The translations under genes were made by a program, and so were the position numbers. Shown piece after piece: positions 18,054 to 31,048 of a stretch of DNA of 64,000 nucleotides. Under the pieces are notes generated by a model that was given only the letters and a program-made list of their open reading frames with translations, was not told the origin of the DNA and did no database searches. Position 1 is the first letter of the stretch, and every line of letters starts with the position of its first letter. Origin of the DNA: Clostridia bacterium (lineage in GTDB: Bacteria; Bacillota; Clostridia; Christensenellales; UBA1242); assembly GCA_045654505.1 (NCBI GenBank), contig JAZONM010000018.1, positions 4,581 to 68,580 of the forward strand. Reading direction: 5' to 3'.

Positions 18054-19346
18054 ATGGATATGTTTGAAAACAATATAAAAAAATACGCACCGCTTGCTGA
18101 TAGAATGAGACCCACCTCATTAGAGGAATTTGTAGGTCAAGAACATTTGGTTTATAAAAACTCATTCCTAGTGCGCGCGATTAAAGCCAACTCCTTTGGA
18201 AGTTGTATTTTTTGGGGACCTCCTGGCACTGGCAAAACCACTATTGCAAACATAATCGCCAATACTTGCAATGGCATATTTAAAAAACTAAACGCAGTTT
18301 CGAGTGGGGTTGCAGACGCAAAGGAGATAATTGCTGAGGCGAGGACCAATTTGGAGTTGTACGGTACTAAGACTTATTTGTTGCTTGATGAGTGTCATAG
18401 GTGGAGCAAAGCCCAAAGTGATTGTGTGCTTGAAGCGATTGAGAATGGTAGTATCGTGTTTATAGGAAGCACAACCGAAAACCCATATATCAATATGACA
18501 CGTGCGATTGTCAGTCGTTGTAATGTTTTTGAATTCAAACCATTATCGAAGAAAAACATAATCGAGGCGCTAAATAAAGCTATTGCGAATAAAGATAAGG
18601 GTTATGGCAATATAAATGTAAAACTCGATGTAGATGCTGCCGAGTACATAGCGAGTGCTTGCGCAGGAGATATGCGCAATGCTTACAATGCGTTAGAACT
18701 AGGCGTAAAAACCACTCCTGCTGATAGGAATGGTGTGATTTGTTATACCAAAGAAGTGGCTGTTGATTGCATGCAAAAAAGGGTGTTGTCTTTAGATGAA
18801 AACACTAGTTTTGATATTCTAAGTGCGTTTTGTAAAAGTCTTAGAGGTAGTGATACTGACGCTGCATTGTTTTACTCCCAACAACTTCTTGCAAGTGGTT
18901 ATGACCCATTGATTATTGCTCGCCGTCTTATCGCTCATGCGAGTGAGGATGTGGGTATGGCGGACAGTAATGCACTTTTACTAGCAATCTCGGCGCTTAC
19001 TGCTTGTGAAAAACTTGGCCTTCCTGAGTGTGAATTAGCGCTTTCTCATGCGATAATATACATTTGTGAGGCGGAGAAAAGCAATTCGGTATACATGGCA
19101 ATGTCTAGAGCAAAAGCAGACGTACAAAAACATAATGATGCAAGAGTGCCAAATCATCTTAAAAACCACCCAAGTGGTTATGATGATAGGACAGGGAAGT
19201 ACAAGTATCCGCACGATTTCGGAGGTTATGTAAAACAACAATATCTTCCAGATGTTGTGAAAAATGCGATTTATTATATACCAAGCGAAAACGGCCGTGA
19301 GAAGAATATGTTGAGAAAGAAAAATGATCCTAGAGTAAAAAAATAA
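18054..19346 (+). CDS. rarA: Replication-associated recombination protein A (MgsA)
   Basis: PLADRMRP, GPPGTGKTT, DECHR, STTENP, KSLRGSD, ASEDVG. Confidence 0.95.
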   Translation: MDMFENNIKKYAPLADRMRPTSLEEFVGQEHLVYKNSFLVRAIKANSFGSCIFWGPPGTGKTTIANIIANTCNGIFKKLNAVSSGVADAKEIIAEARTNLELYGTKTYLLLDECHRWSKAQSDCVLEAIENGSIVFIGSTTENPYINMTRAIVSRCNVFEFKPLSKKNIIEALNKAIANKDKGYGNINVKLDVDAAEYIASACAGDMRNAYNALELGVKTTPADRNGVICYTKEVAVDCMQKRVLSLDENTSFDILSAFCKSLRGSDTDAALFYSQQLLASGYDPLIIARRLIAHASEDVGMADSNALLLAISALTACEKLGLPECELALSHAIIYICEAEKSNSVYMAMSRAKADVQKHNDARVPNHLKNHPSGYDDRTGKYKYPHDFGGYVKQQYLPDVVKNAIYYIPSENGREKNMLRKKNDPRVKK

Positions 19347-19371
19347 AGTTGTAGAAAATATATAAAAAATA

Positions 19372-19400
19372 AAAAAACACCTAAATTTAGGTGTTTTATT
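19372..19400. terminator. Bidirectional terminator
   Basis: AAAAACACCTAAA-T-TTAGGTGTTTT between convergent genes. Confidence 0.7.
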
Positions 19401-20249
19401 TTATATCTCTGGTCTAAAACTATCAAATATAATATTGTCGCAATGCATAGCCACACTAAGATATTCTTCTTGAGATTTAACATTATAAGCGATGACGCCT
19501 ACAGGTTTATGTTTTTTTATGTATTTGCATGGTAAGTCTTTTGCGTTGTATGCGATATAGTCTGCATTGGCAAGTTTGTTGTATTTTAGTTTTGTAAGTT
19601 TTTTAGCATTTAGATTCGCATATTTCTTAACTTTAAATACACCGCTTCTAAGAATTCGAGGAATCCAAGGAGTATTAATGCAAAACCATTGAAGGCTATA
19701 TGGATTAAGACTCATTACAGCTACGCTATCAAGAAGATTGTATTTTTCAATATACTTCTCGATTTCGTCGCGGATCTTTTCTTCCATTTTGCCGACATTG
19801 CATTCATTATAGATATCTAGTATTACCGGAACACGACCTTTTATTGTATCCAATGCCTCAGTAAGGGTAGGTATTGTACAATCTGTATCTTTAATCTTGT
19901 GTTCTTTAATATCAGCAAGATTCATTTTAGACACATATCCGCTTACATTAGCAACACGTGCAAGTGTGGAGTCAGCAAAGCAGATAAGCTCGCCCTCGTC
20001 AAGCATTTGCACTGGTAGAAGTATAGGATATCCCTCTTTAATGGCCTTCTCATAAGCAGGTAGAGTATTTTCATACACTTCTTCGTCATTCCAGCCAAAA
20101 CGCGCAATGTAGTCGTCTATTAGCCAAGAATGTTTCATTACATCAAAATAATTTTCATCAAAACGTAGATCTTTTAGTTTGCCTTCTTTATGAAGTCCCA
20201 CAATCTGTTTTTTGTGTTCTAGGTAATTTTCATTATTCAATTTATTCAT
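19401..20249 (-). CDS. Glycerophosphodiester phosphodiesterase-fold protein, catalytic residues degenerate
   Basis: ENTLPAYEKAI, IPTLTEAL, MSLNP motifs of GDPD; HRG, ExD and HD motifs replaced. Confidence 0.75.
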   Translation of the reverse strand: MNKLNNENYLEHKKQIVGLHKEGKLKDLRFDENYFDVMKHSWLIDDYIARFGWNDEEVYENTLPAYEKAIKEGYPILLPVQMLDEGELICFADSTLARVANVSGYVSKMNLADIKEHKIKDTDCTIPTLTEALDTIKGRVPVILDIYNECNVGKMEEKIRDEIEKYIEKYNLLDSVAVMSLNPYSLQWFCINTPWIPRILRSGVFKVKKYANLNAKKLTKLKYNKLANADYIAYNAKDLPCKYIKKHKPVGVIAYNVKSQEEYLSVAMHCDNIIFDSFRPEI

Positions 20250-20495
20250 ATATATCTCCAACTCACTTTACAAAAAATAAAGCAAGGACAATTCTAATTA
20301 TAATTAAAATTATTTTAGCAAAGAAAAGACAATATTGCTAGCAAATTTAAACAAATTGTTTAAAAATGAATCAAAAACAGCCAAAAAGTAGGCGATTTTC
20401 ACTATATAAGATATGTTTTGAGGATAAAATATACAACAAAAGTTGTTGAAAACCTTTTGGTTATGATATAATATGCAAGTATTAAGGAGCATAAA

Positions 20496-22295
20496 ATGAA
20501 GGACAGACAAAAGTATATACGAAATTTTTGTATAGTAGCTCATATCGACCATGGCAAAAGTACACTTGCTGATCGCTTGCTAGAATATACCGGCACTGTG
20601 CAAAAACGTGATATGACTGAGCAATTACTTGACAGTATGGATATTGAGAGGGAAAGAGGTATTACAATAAAACTTACTCCGTCTCGTATGAAGTATACAT
20701 ATAAGGGCGAGGAGTACACCCTTAATCTTATCGATACCCCAGGCCATGTAGACTTTACGTATGAAGTCTCGCGTAGCCTTGCGGCTTGCGAAGGGGCTAT
20801 TCTTATCGTTGATGCAACTCAAGGTGTCGAAGCCCAAACTCTAGCCAATGTGTATCTTGCTCTTGAGCACGACCTTGAGATATTGCCTGTTATCAATAAA
20901 ATCGACCTTCCGAGTGCTGACATAGACGGAACTCGTAAAGAAATAGAAGATGTTATTGGTCTTCCAGCTGATGAGGCTCCAGCAGTATCAGCAAAAGAGG
21001 GCACAAATATCGAAGCTGTTTTGGAGCAAATTGTTGAGCAAATTCCAGCACCAAGTGGCGACGAAAACGCTCCACTTAAAGCCCTTATTTTCGATAGTTA
21101 TTACGACAATTTCAAGGGTGCTGTAAGTCTTGTACGTATTGTAGATGGCAAAGTGAAAAAAGGCGACAAAATCAAATTCTTTACTACTGGAAAAGAATTT
21201 GACGTAACAGAAGTAGGTATATTTAATCCTGCGGCTAAAGAATGTGATATCCTAATGGCGGGAGATGTAGGTTATATTTCTGCATCAATCAAAAATGTAT
21301 CCGAGACACGTGTGGGTGACACAATAACCCTTACCGATAATCCAGCAAGTGATGCACTCCCTGGATATAAGGAAGTAAAACCTGTTGTGTTTAGTGGTGT
21401 CTTTTGTGTTGATGGCTCTAGATATAATGACCTAAAAGACGCTTTGGAAAAATTAAAACTTAATGATGCTTCGCTTGAATACACTCCGGAAGTCTCACAA
21501 GCGCTTGGATTTGGATTTCGTTGTGGATTTCTTGGCCTTTTACACATGGAGATTATTCAAGAAAGGTTAGAACGCGAATGGGATTTGGACTTAATTACCA
21601 CAGCTCCGACTGTGAGTTATCTTGTGCACAAAACAAGCGGCGAGGTGCTAACTATCAGCAATCCATGCGAATTGCCAGAGCCTCAAGCTATTAGTCGTAT
21701 TGAGGAACCGATGGTGAAAGTCAATATCTTTACTCCTCCTACGTATGTCGGTCCTTTAATGGAGCTTTGTCAAGACAAACGCGGTATATATCTTGATCTT
21801 CAATATATAGACGATAGTCGTTGTCAATTGATTTATAAAGTTCCGCTAAATGAGATAATGTTTGACTTCTTTGACAGCCTAAAATCACGTTCGAAAGGTT
21901 ATGCATCTCTTGATTATGAGATAATCGGTTATGAGGAGAGCAATCTTGTAAAATTGGATATTCTTCTAAATGGTGATCCATGTGATGCATTAAGTCTTAT
22001 TGTGCATCGTGATAAGGCTTATGCTCGCGGTCGTGCTATTGCTGAAAAACTAAAAGATATTATCCCGCGCCAACTTTTCGAAATACCTATTCAGGCTGCT
22101 GTAGGTAATAAAGTTATTGCGAGAGAAACTGTAAAGGCGCTTAGAAAAGATGTGCTAGCAAAGTGTTATGGTGGTGACGTAACTCGTAAAAGAAAACTTC
22201 TTGAAAAACAGAAAAAAGGAAAGAAAAGAATGAGACAAATAGGCAGTGTGGAAATTCCTAGCGAAGCCTTTATCTCAATCTTAAAGATAGATTGA
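20496..22295 (+). CDS. lepA: Elongation factor 4
   Basis: [32 protein letters not shown]. Confidence 0.98.
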   Translation: MKDRQKYIRNFCIVAHIDHGKSTLADRLLEYTGTVQKRDMTEQLLDSMDIERERGITIKLTPSRMKYTYKGEEYTLNLIDTPGHVDFTYEVSRSLAACEGAILIVDATQGVEAQTLANVYLALEHDLEILPVINKIDLPSADIDGTRKEIEDVIGLPADEAPAVSAKEGTNIEAVLEQIVEQIPAPSGDENAPLKALIFDSYYDNFKGAVSLVRIVDGKVKKGDKIKFFTTGKEFDVTEVGIFNPAAKECDILMAGDVGYISASIKNVSETRVGDTITLTDNPASDALPGYKEVKPVVFSGVFCVDGSRYNDLKDALEKLKLNDASLEYTPEVSQALGFGFRCGFLGLLHMEIIQERLEREWDLDLITTAPTVSYLVHKTSGEVLTISNPCELPEPQAISRIEEPMVKVNIFTPPTYVGPLMELCQDKRGIYLDLQYIDDSRCQLIYKVPLNEIMFDFFDSLKSRSKGYASLDYEIIGYEESNLVKLDILLNGDPCDALSLIVHRDKAYARGRAIAEKLKDIIPRQLFEIPIQAAVGNKVIARETVKALRKDVLAKCYGGDVTRKRKLLEKQKKGKKRMRQIGSVEIPSEAFISILKID

Positions 22296-23428
22296 TGAAA
22301 GAATTAGGAATATATATCCATATACCGTTTTGTGTTAAAAAATGCAAGTATTGCAATTTTCCGTCTTATCCAAATATGGAAGAGTTTCAAGATGAATATA
22401 TCAAAGCTTTATGTGAAGAAATAGATATCAATAAAGACAAATATAGAAAGTACTCTGTGACAACTGTCTTTATTGGAGGTGGTACACCTAGTCATCTAAT
22501 GGCTGGAGGTATTGCGACAATACTTAGCAAATTGCGTCAATCCTTTTCTATTGCGGAAGATGCGGAAATATCAATCGAGGCAAATCCCAATTCAATCAGT
22601 CTTGAGAAAGCTTATGAGTGGAAAAATTCGGGAGTAAATAGAGTAAGTGTCGGACTCCAAACCTGCAAAAACAATCTTCTAAAACTTATTGGAAGAGTTC
22701 ATACAAAACAAGACTATGTCAAAGCAATGAAGACATTGCAAGCGGTGGGTTTTGATAATATAAATACCGATTTGATGCTAGGGCTACCTGCGCAAAAACA
22801 AAGTGATGTCAAGGTTACTTTGAAATATGTTGTGAAAAATGGTTGTACCCATGTATCAGCATACACATTGATTTTGGAAGAGGGTACGCCACTATATAGT
22901 GAAGTACAAAGTGGTAAGGTAAAACTTCCAAAAGAAGAAAAGGTCTTAGCAATGTACGACTACACTAAAAAACACCTTGAAGAGTCTGGTTTTGAAAGGT
23001 ATGAGATAAGCAATTTTGCAAAACCAAATAAGGAGTGTCGCCACAATAAAAACTGCTGGAAGATGGTGGACTATGTGGGCTTTGGTGCTGGTGCTCATTC
23101 TTTTGTAAATGGTGTGCGTTTTAGCAATTTTGACACAATCCCAGAGTATTTGTCAAAACTTAAAGATGGCAGTGCTGTAGAGACTAAAGAAACTCTTTCA
23201 AATCAAGAACTTTTTGAAGAAGAGGTTATGCTAGGACTCAGACTTAAGGAGGGTATAAGTCTATCCGCAATCAAGGATAAATATAATATTGATTTACTTA
23301 AAATAAAGAAAGATGTTATATATAAATATATAGATATTGGTTTGCTCCAATTGACTGACAATACACTTTCCGCCACTAATGCTGGCTTTAAAGTACTAAA
23401 TAAATTGATACTAGATATCGTATATTGA
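22295..23428 (+). CDS. hemW: Radical SAM heme chaperone HemW (HemN-like)
   Basis: YIHIPFCVKKCKYC, GGGTPS, YEISNFA; lepA-hemW-hrcA synteny. Confidence 0.9.
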   Translation: MKELGIYIHIPFCVKKCKYCNFPSYPNMEEFQDEYIKALCEEIDINKDKYRKYSVTTVFIGGGTPSHLMAGGIATILSKLRQSFSIAEDAEISIEANPNSISLEKAYEWKNSGVNRVSVGLQTCKNNLLKLIGRVHTKQDYVKAMKTLQAVGFDNINTDLMLGLPAQKQSDVKVTLKYVVKNGCTHVSAYTLILEEGTPLYSEVQSGKVKLPKEEKVLAMYDYTKKHLEESGFERYEISNFAKPNKECRHNKNCWKMVDYVGFGAGAHSFVNGVRFSNFDTIPEYLSKLKDGSAVETKETLSNQELFEEEVMLGLRLKEGISLSAIKDKYNIDLLKIKKDVIYKYIDIGLLQLTDNTLSATNAGFKVLNKLILDIVY

Positions 23429-23536
23429 TTTATTGATATTTAAGACCACAGAGTTTGTGGTCTTTTTTTATTTGCCCATTAGATATAAATTGTAAATAAA
23501 ATCGACAAAATTTTTATTAAAATGTGTCATAAAGGG

Positions 23537-23565
23537 TTGACTTTATCATATAATAAGACTAGAAT
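23537..23565 (+). promoter_or_regulatory. SigA promoter of heat-shock operon
   Basis: TTGACT-17 bp-TAGAAT. Confidence 0.75.
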
Positions 23566-23569
23566 ATGA

Positions 23570-23596
23570 TTAGCAGTCAAAGGTGGCGAGTGCTAA
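23570..23596 (+). promoter_or_regulatory. CIRCE element (HrcA operator)
   Basis: TTAGCAGTC-N9-GAGTGCTAA, one mismatch to consensus. Confidence 0.92.
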
Positions 23597-23630
23597 CAAT
23601 TAAATTTTTAAACTGCTAAAAGAGGTAAAC

Positions 23631-24680
23631 TTGAAAAAGGAAATAAGTGATTTTAGACTCAGTGAGAGGAAAAAACAAATAATCCTTGGTGCTGTCGAGA
23701 GTTATATCGAAAACGCATTGCCAATTACAAGTGAAAAAGTGCAAAGCAATTTATTCACATCACTTTCTAGTGCGACTCTTCGGAACGAACTTTCGTCATT
23801 GGAGGAAATGGGTTTTTTAAAACAATTGCACACAAGTAGTGGGCGAGTGCCGACTACAAAAGCTTATCGTTATTATGTTGATAATCTTATGCAAAACCAA
23901 ATTTTCGACGATAAAGTAGTGGACGAGATAAAAGACAAATTTGTCGTGCGTTCCAATTTTCTTTTGGATACGCTGGATAAAGTTGCAAAACAAATTGGTG
24001 AGGTCATTGACTACCCAGTATTTGTAAGGACAACGGGTTATGAGAAATTGACTATTGTGGCAATCAATATAATACCATTGATTACAGGACAGGCGCTTTT
24101 CTTAATCCAGACCAATGAAGGCATTATCAACAATACAATCGATCTTCCAGACTATATCATGGAAGAACATTGCCGTGATGCTAGTAAATTTTTGTCCACC
24201 AATCTATGCAATAAGCAAGTGACAGATGTCATTGAAAATTTTGATAAGTACAATATCATGTTTAAAAATCAAATTAAATATTTTAATGAGATGTTTACAT
24301 CACTTACCGATTTGCTTAAAATGTATGTCGAAAAAGGTACGTCCTCGGTTGTTAGAGGTAGCACAAAAAAATTGCTTGAAAATCCTGAATTGAAAGATAT
24401 GGACAGAGCTAAGCGTTTTCTCAATATTGTCGAGAATGAAAGCGAAATAAAGGAGATAATCGAAAATATCGATGAAAACTCCAATAATGACATTGTTTTT
24501 TCGATTGGTGAGGAAAACAATCGCGAAGATATCAATGACTATTCGATAGTAAAGACCAATTATCACCTAGCAAGCGGTATCAATGCGAGCATTGGTGTTG
24601 TGGGACCTGAGCGTATGGATTATGCTAAAATAGCATCAGCTCTAAAATATATAATCGACGAGATGAAGAAAAAGGAGTAA
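23631..24680 (+). CDS. hrcA: Heat-inducible transcription repressor
   Basis: SSATLRNEL..LEEMG, HTSSGRVPT, GVVGPERMDY. Confidence 0.95.
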   Translation: MKKEISDFRLSERKKQIILGAVESYIENALPITSEKVQSNLFTSLSSATLRNELSSLEEMGFLKQLHTSSGRVPTTKAYRYYVDNLMQNQIFDDKVVDEIKDKFVVRSNFLLDTLDKVAKQIGEVIDYPVFVRTTGYEKLTIVAINIIPLITGQALFLIQTNEGIINNTIDLPDYIMEEHCRDASKFLSTNLCNKQVTDVIENFDKYNIMFKNQIKYFNEMFTSLTDLLKMYVEKGTSSVVRGSTKKLLENPELKDMDRAKRFLNIVENESEIKEIIENIDENSNNDIVFSIGEENNREDINDYSIVKTNYHLASGINASIGVVGPERMDYAKIASALKYIIDEMKKKE

Positions 24681-24683
24681 TAA

Positions 24684-25217
24684 ATGAGCGAAGATAAAAA
24701 GAAGAAATGCCATTGTAATGACCATTGCACTTGTGGTGACGATTGTCATTGCAATGAAAATCATAAATGCAGTGACGACTGCACATGTGGAAATTCGGAT
24801 AAAGCAAGTGAGTATCTAGAACTTGCTCAAAGAATAAAAGCGGAGTTTGAAAATTACAAACGTCGTAATACGGAAGTTGCATCTCAATCGTTTGATAATG
24901 GAGTTGCTTCTGCGGTTTCAAAACTACTTCCAGCGATTGATTCATTCAAACAAGCAAAAGCAAATATTACCGACGAGGGGACAATTAAGGGACTTGACAT
25001 GGTGCTTAGCCAAATACTAAATGGTTTTGCGGGACTAGGGGTTTTGAAGATTGAATGTTTGGATAAAGATTTTGACCCCAATTATCATAATGCAGTTCTT
25101 GTAGGAAAGGACGAATCAAAACCTGACAATATTGTTCTTGAAGAATACCAAGAAGGTTTTGTATTTAAAGATAAAGTTATACGTCACAGCGTAGTTAAAA
25201 TAAATAAATTGGATTAA
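24684..25217 (+). CDS. grpE: Nucleotide exchange factor GrpE with Cys/His-rich N-terminus
   Basis: AEFENYKRR, FDPNYHNAV, VIRHSVVK; position between hrcA and dnaK. Confidence 0.93.
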   Translation: MSEDKKKKCHCNDHCTCGDDCHCNENHKCSDDCTCGNSDKASEYLELAQRIKAEFENYKRRNTEVASQSFDNGVASAVSKLLPAIDSFKQAKANITDEGTIKGLDMVLSQILNGFAGLGVLKIECLDKDFDPNYHNAVLVGKDESKPDNIVLEEYQEGFVFKDKVIRHSVVKINKLD

Positions 25218-27056
<1,839 letters not shown>

Positions 27057-27065
27057 AGATAAATA

Positions 27066-28190
27066 ATGGCAAATAAAAATTATTATGATATATTAGGGGT
27101 TGATAAAAATGCAACCCCTGATGAAATTAAAAGTGCATATAGAAAACAAGCCAAAAAATATCACCCAGACCTAAATCCAAATAATGCCGAAGCTGCTGAA
27201 AAATTTAAAGAAGTAAATGAAGCCTATGAGGTTTTGTCTGACGCTACAAAAAAGAGTAATTATGATACTTACGGCAGTGCCACTGGTCCCAATCCAAATG
27301 ATTTCTTTGGTGGAAATGGCGGCGGTTTTGGTGGCTTTAATTTTGGTGGCATGGATGACTTGTTTAGTATGTTTGGCGGTTTTGGTAATCGAAGTGCGAC
27401 TGCCAGTGTGAAAGGTGATGATATTCAAGTAAAAATCAATATATCTTTCACTGACGCTGTCTTTGGCATAACACGTGAGATAAATGTTACTCGCATAGAA
27501 GAATGCACTAAATGTAGTGGTACAGGTGCAAAAAATGGTACCGAATATACAAAATGTAGTGACTGTAATGGTACAGGTACTGCACGCTATACTGAGACTT
27601 CATTGTTTGGCAGAGTAATACGTACTGGTCCTTGCTCAAGTTGTAATGGCACTGGTAAGATTATTCGTGAGAAGTGTAGCGAGTGTGGTGGTGATGGTAC
27701 TAAAAAAGTTAATGCAAAGATATCTGTCAATATACCTGCGGGTATTGATAATGGTCAAGTTATCACAATGCGAGGCAAAGGCAATGCGGGATATCACGGC
27801 GGACCAAATGGTGATTTGCACATAATAGTAAGTGTAAAAGAACACCCAATATTAGTTCGTGATGGTTATGATTTACTACTTAAAGTTTATGTGCCATTTA
27901 CGACACTGTTGCTTGGTGGCGAAATTACCATACCTCTTGCTAAAGATGTTACTACATTGAAGATACCAGAATTGACTCAAAGCAATACTGTATTCAAGTT
28001 GAAAGGAAAAGGAATAAAATATCTTAATTCAAATAATTATGGTAATCTGATTGTCACAATTGTAGGTGAGAGCCCTAAAAATCTTTCTAAAGAACAAAAG
28101 GCATCTATTAAAAAACTCGCTGAAAGTTTTGAAAACAATGATTTTAATAGATACAAAAATTATCTAAAAGACCTCAATGATCTTGATTAA
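27066..28190 (+). CDS. dnaJ: Chaperone DnaJ
   Basis: HPD J-domain, G/F region, four CxxCxGxG repeats. Confidence 0.98.
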   Translation: MANKNYYDILGVDKNATPDEIKSAYRKQAKKYHPDLNPNNAEAAEKFKEVNEAYEVLSDATKKSNYDTYGSATGPNPNDFFGGNGGGFGGFNFGGMDDLFSMFGGFGNRSATASVKGDDIQVKINISFTDAVFGITREINVTRIEECTKCSGTGAKNGTEYTKCSDCNGTGTARYTETSLFGRVIRTGPCSSCNGTGKIIREKCSECGGDGTKKVNAKISVNIPAGIDNGQVITMRGKGNAGYHGGPNGDLHIIVSVKEHPILVRDGYDLLLKVYVPFTTLLLGGEITIPLAKDVTTLKIPELTQSNTVFKLKGKGIKYLNSNNYGNLIVTIVGESPKNLSKEQKASIKKLAESFENNDFNRYKNYLKDLNDLD

Positions 28191-28313
28191 AGAACACGCT
28201 TTAGAGAGCGTGTTTTTTATGTACTACATCAATTATCAATTTTACAAAAATGCTTTAATAATACTTTCTAATATGCTATACTAAAAGGGATAAATTATAT
28301 TCGAGATTAAAAA

Positions 28314-29042
28314 ATGAAACGTTATTTTATTGATGGTAAAAATTTTAATAAAGAAAATATTATTTTGGATGGGACAGAACACAACCATCTAAAAAATGTT
28401 ATGCGCACACAAGTCGGTGAACATGTTGTTGTGGTGACAGGTGATGGATTTGACTACGAATGCGAAGTAATTGCTATTGATAAAAACAAAACCCATCTAA
28501 ATCTGATAAGTGCCACTAAAAATCCAAATGAACCTAAGAGAAAACTTACAGTATATCAGGCTTTGACCAAAGCTGATAATATGAATCTCATTGTGCAAAA
28601 ACTCACCGAGCTTGGAGTCGTGAGACTAATTCCTTTTGAAAATGCCTTTGTCACAGCAAAGGATAAAAATGGTAAAACTGACAAATTGCAAAATATATCT
28701 AATCAAAGCATAAAACAATGTAAAAGAGGTTGTCCAATGATTGTCAATGACACACTATCATTCAAACAACTTCTTTCAGATTTAAAGCAATATGATATTG
28801 TTGTTTTTGCAAATGAATGTGAAAAAACTCGTTCGTTATCTTCGCTAAAATTTCCTTATGAAAACATAGCTATTATAGTAGGTAGTGAGGGAGGCTTTAG
28901 CGAGCAAGAAATTGCACAACTTAATAGTATCGACAATGTGGTTAGTGTAAGCCTTGGAAGACGTATACTTAGAGCTGAGACTGCAAGTATTGTTCTAGCT
29001 GGTGTTGTTATGTGTTTGCAAGGAGAGTGGAATTATGACTAA
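28314..29042 (+). CDS. rsmE: 16S rRNA m3U1498 methyltransferase
   Basis: HLKNVMR, QKLTELGV, GSEGGFS, LGRRILRAETA. Confidence 0.95.
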   Translation: MKRYFIDGKNFNKENIILDGTEHNHLKNVMRTQVGEHVVVVTGDGFDYECEVIAIDKNKTHLNLISATKNPNEPKRKLTVYQALTKADNMNLIVQKLTELGVVRLIPFENAFVTAKDKNGKTDKLQNISNQSIKQCKRGCPMIVNDTLSFKQLLSDLKQYDIVVFANECEKTRSLSSLKFPYENIAIIVGSEGGFSEQEIAQLNSIDNVVSVSLGRRILRAETASIVLAGVVMCLQGEWNYD

Positions 29043-30282
29043 GGTATCGATTATCACTCTTGGGTGCAAACTTAATAAATATGAAAGTGACTGTATGTCG
29101 CGCATTTTAGAAGAAAATGGTTATTTTACTTCATCAAAACTTGAATTTGCCGATATTTATATATTAAATACGTGCGGCGTCACTGCAGAAAGTGAGAAAA
29201 AAAGCAGACAGTACATTGCCAAATTTTCAAAGCTAAATCCAAATGCAAAAATAATCGTATGTGGTTGTGCCAGCCAAAACAATATTTCTCAATTTTTGGA
29301 TAAGCCTAATGTTTATTCTGTGTTTGGAAATGAAGATAAAAAAGATATATTGAAGTACATAAACAAAAGTTATAAGCAAATAACTGAATTTAGTGATAAG
29401 TATAATAGTATTTATTGTCCAAAAATTACAACAACGCGTGCTTATATGAAAGTCCAAGATGGTTGCAACAATTTTTGCAGTTATTGCCTTATCCCGTATC
29501 TTAGAGGTAGGACTCGTAGCAGAGAAATATCTGATTGTGTGAAAGAGGCGTATCAATTGTCTAAGATGGCAAAAGAAATTGTGCTTACAGGTATTGACCT
29601 TAGTAGTTTTTCTCCATCGCTTGGTGAATTGATGCTCGCGCTTAAAGATATTCCTTCTCGCATTCGCATAGGTAGTCTTGAAGTTGGGGTGATTACAAAT
29701 GATTTTCTGAAAATACTTTCTTCACTTACCAATTTTTGTCCTCAATTTCATCTTAGCCTTCAATCGGGTGATAATGAGGTTCTTAGGCGCATGAATCGTC
29801 ATTATACTAGGGAAGAATATAAAAGTAAGGTTGATTTAATAAGAAAATATTTTCCTGACGCAAATATTACCACAGATATAATTGTCGGCTTTGCGTGTGA
29901 AACTGAAGATGAATTTTTAAATACCCTTGATTTCGTAAAAGAAATCAATTTTGGTCATGTTCATGTTTTTCCATATAGTGTCAGGAAGGGCACTGCCGCG
30001 TCAAAACTTTATAAGGACCTTCCTATGAATTTGAAAAAAGAAAGAGTGGATAGACTAGAGGAAATTGCACGAATTTCTGAAGATAAATATATTGAAAGTC
30101 AAATAGGCAAAATCCATGAAGTTCTTACAGAGGAAATAGAAGGTGATGGTGTGGTGGGATATACAGCAAATTATTTAAAGGTTACATTACCTAAAAACAC
30201 ACCTTTGAATAAGTTGGTAAAAGTAAAACTACTAAGTCGTCAAGAAAACACATTATATGGAGATATTTTGGAGGTTTTGTAA
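29035..30282 (+). CDS. mtaB: tRNA methylthiotransferase MtaB
   Basis: TLGCKLN, NTCGVT, QDGCNNFCSYC; start set at ATG 29035. Confidence 0.92.
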   Translation: MTKVSIITLGCKLNKYESDCMSRILEENGYFTSSKLEFADIYILNTCGVTAESEKKSRQYIAKFSKLNPNAKIIVCGCASQNNISQFLDKPNVYSVFGNEDKKDILKYINKSYKQITEFSDKYNSIYCPKITTTRAYMKVQDGCNNFCSYCLIPYLRGRTRSREISDCVKEAYQLSKMAKEIVLTGIDLSSFSPSLGELMLALKDIPSRIRIGSLEVGVITNDFLKILSSLTNFCPQFHLSLQSGDNEVLRRMNRHYTREEYKSKVDLIRKYFPDANITTDIIVGFACETEDEFLNTLDFVKEINFGHVHVFPYSVRKGTAASKLYKDLPMNLKKERVDRLEEIARISEDKYIESQIGKIHEVLTEEIEGDGVVGYTANYLKVTLPKNTPLNKLVKVKLLSRQENTLYGDILEVL

Positions 30283-30283
30283 T

Positions 30284-30625
30284 ATGAATGATTGTTTGTT
30301 TTGTAAAATGATAAAAGGTGAAATTCCAGTAAAGAAAGTCTATGAAGATGATGATATGATTATCATAAATGACATAAGTCCTAAAGCACCAAAACATATG
30401 TTGCTTATTGTAAAGACGCATTATAAATATTTGCTTGAGCAAAACGAAAGTCAAGCCTTGACACTTGGAAGATGTTTGCATAGATTATCTACAATGAAAT
30501 GTGAGTTGGGTCTTGATGATGGATATAGGCTCGTAATCAATCAAGGTGATGATGCCGGTCAGACAGTACCACATTTACATGTGCATATTCTTGGTGGCAA
30601 GAAAATGGGTTGGGAGCCTGCATAG
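30284..30625 (+). CDS. HIT-family nucleotide-binding protein
   Basis: DCLFCK, GQTVPHLHVHILGG. Confidence 0.93.
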   Translation: MNDCLFCKMIKGEIPVKKVYEDDDMIIINDISPKAPKHMLLIVKTHYKYLLEQNESQALTLGRCLHRLSTMKCELGLDDGYRLVINQGDDAGQTVPHLHVHILGGKKMGWEPA

Positions 30626-30731
30626 AAATCTGCAAAACCACCATTTTACGAGATTTTTCGAAAATTTGGTTGACAAAATAAAAATTTGTAATATAATATA
30701 ATAGATTTTATTAGAAAAGTGGGTGAAAAAG

Positions 30732-30914
30732 TTGAGCACAGTTAAAGTTTACGAAAATGAAAGCGTAGAAAGCGCAATCAAAAGATTCAAACGTAAATGT
30801 CAAAAAGACGGCATTATTGGCGATCTTAGAAAACATGAAGCTTATGAAAAGCCAAGTGTAAAAGCTAAGAAAAAACAAAAAGCCGCTATCAAACGTAGCA
30901 GAAAAAGCAGATAG
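30732..30914 (+). CDS. rpsU: 30S ribosomal protein S21
   Basis: ESAIKRFKR, YEKPSVK; likely TTG start. Confidence 0.95.
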   Translation: MSTVKVYENESVESAIKRFKRKCQKDGIIGDLRKHEAYEKPSVKAKKKQKAAIKRSRKSR

Positions 30915-31048
30915 TATATTTGATGCAAATTACAAAGGTTGTCATTATTCGACAATCTTTGTTTTTTTTCTCGCAGATATGTATTTAGAGATATAAAAAC
31001 TCCTTGTTATAATATATTCACAAGATATTTACACGTAGAGGAGGAAGA

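Noticed and set aside
30948-30954. Reverse Spo0A box TTCGACA
   Set aside because: Lies within the rpsU terminator hairpin; likely coincidental
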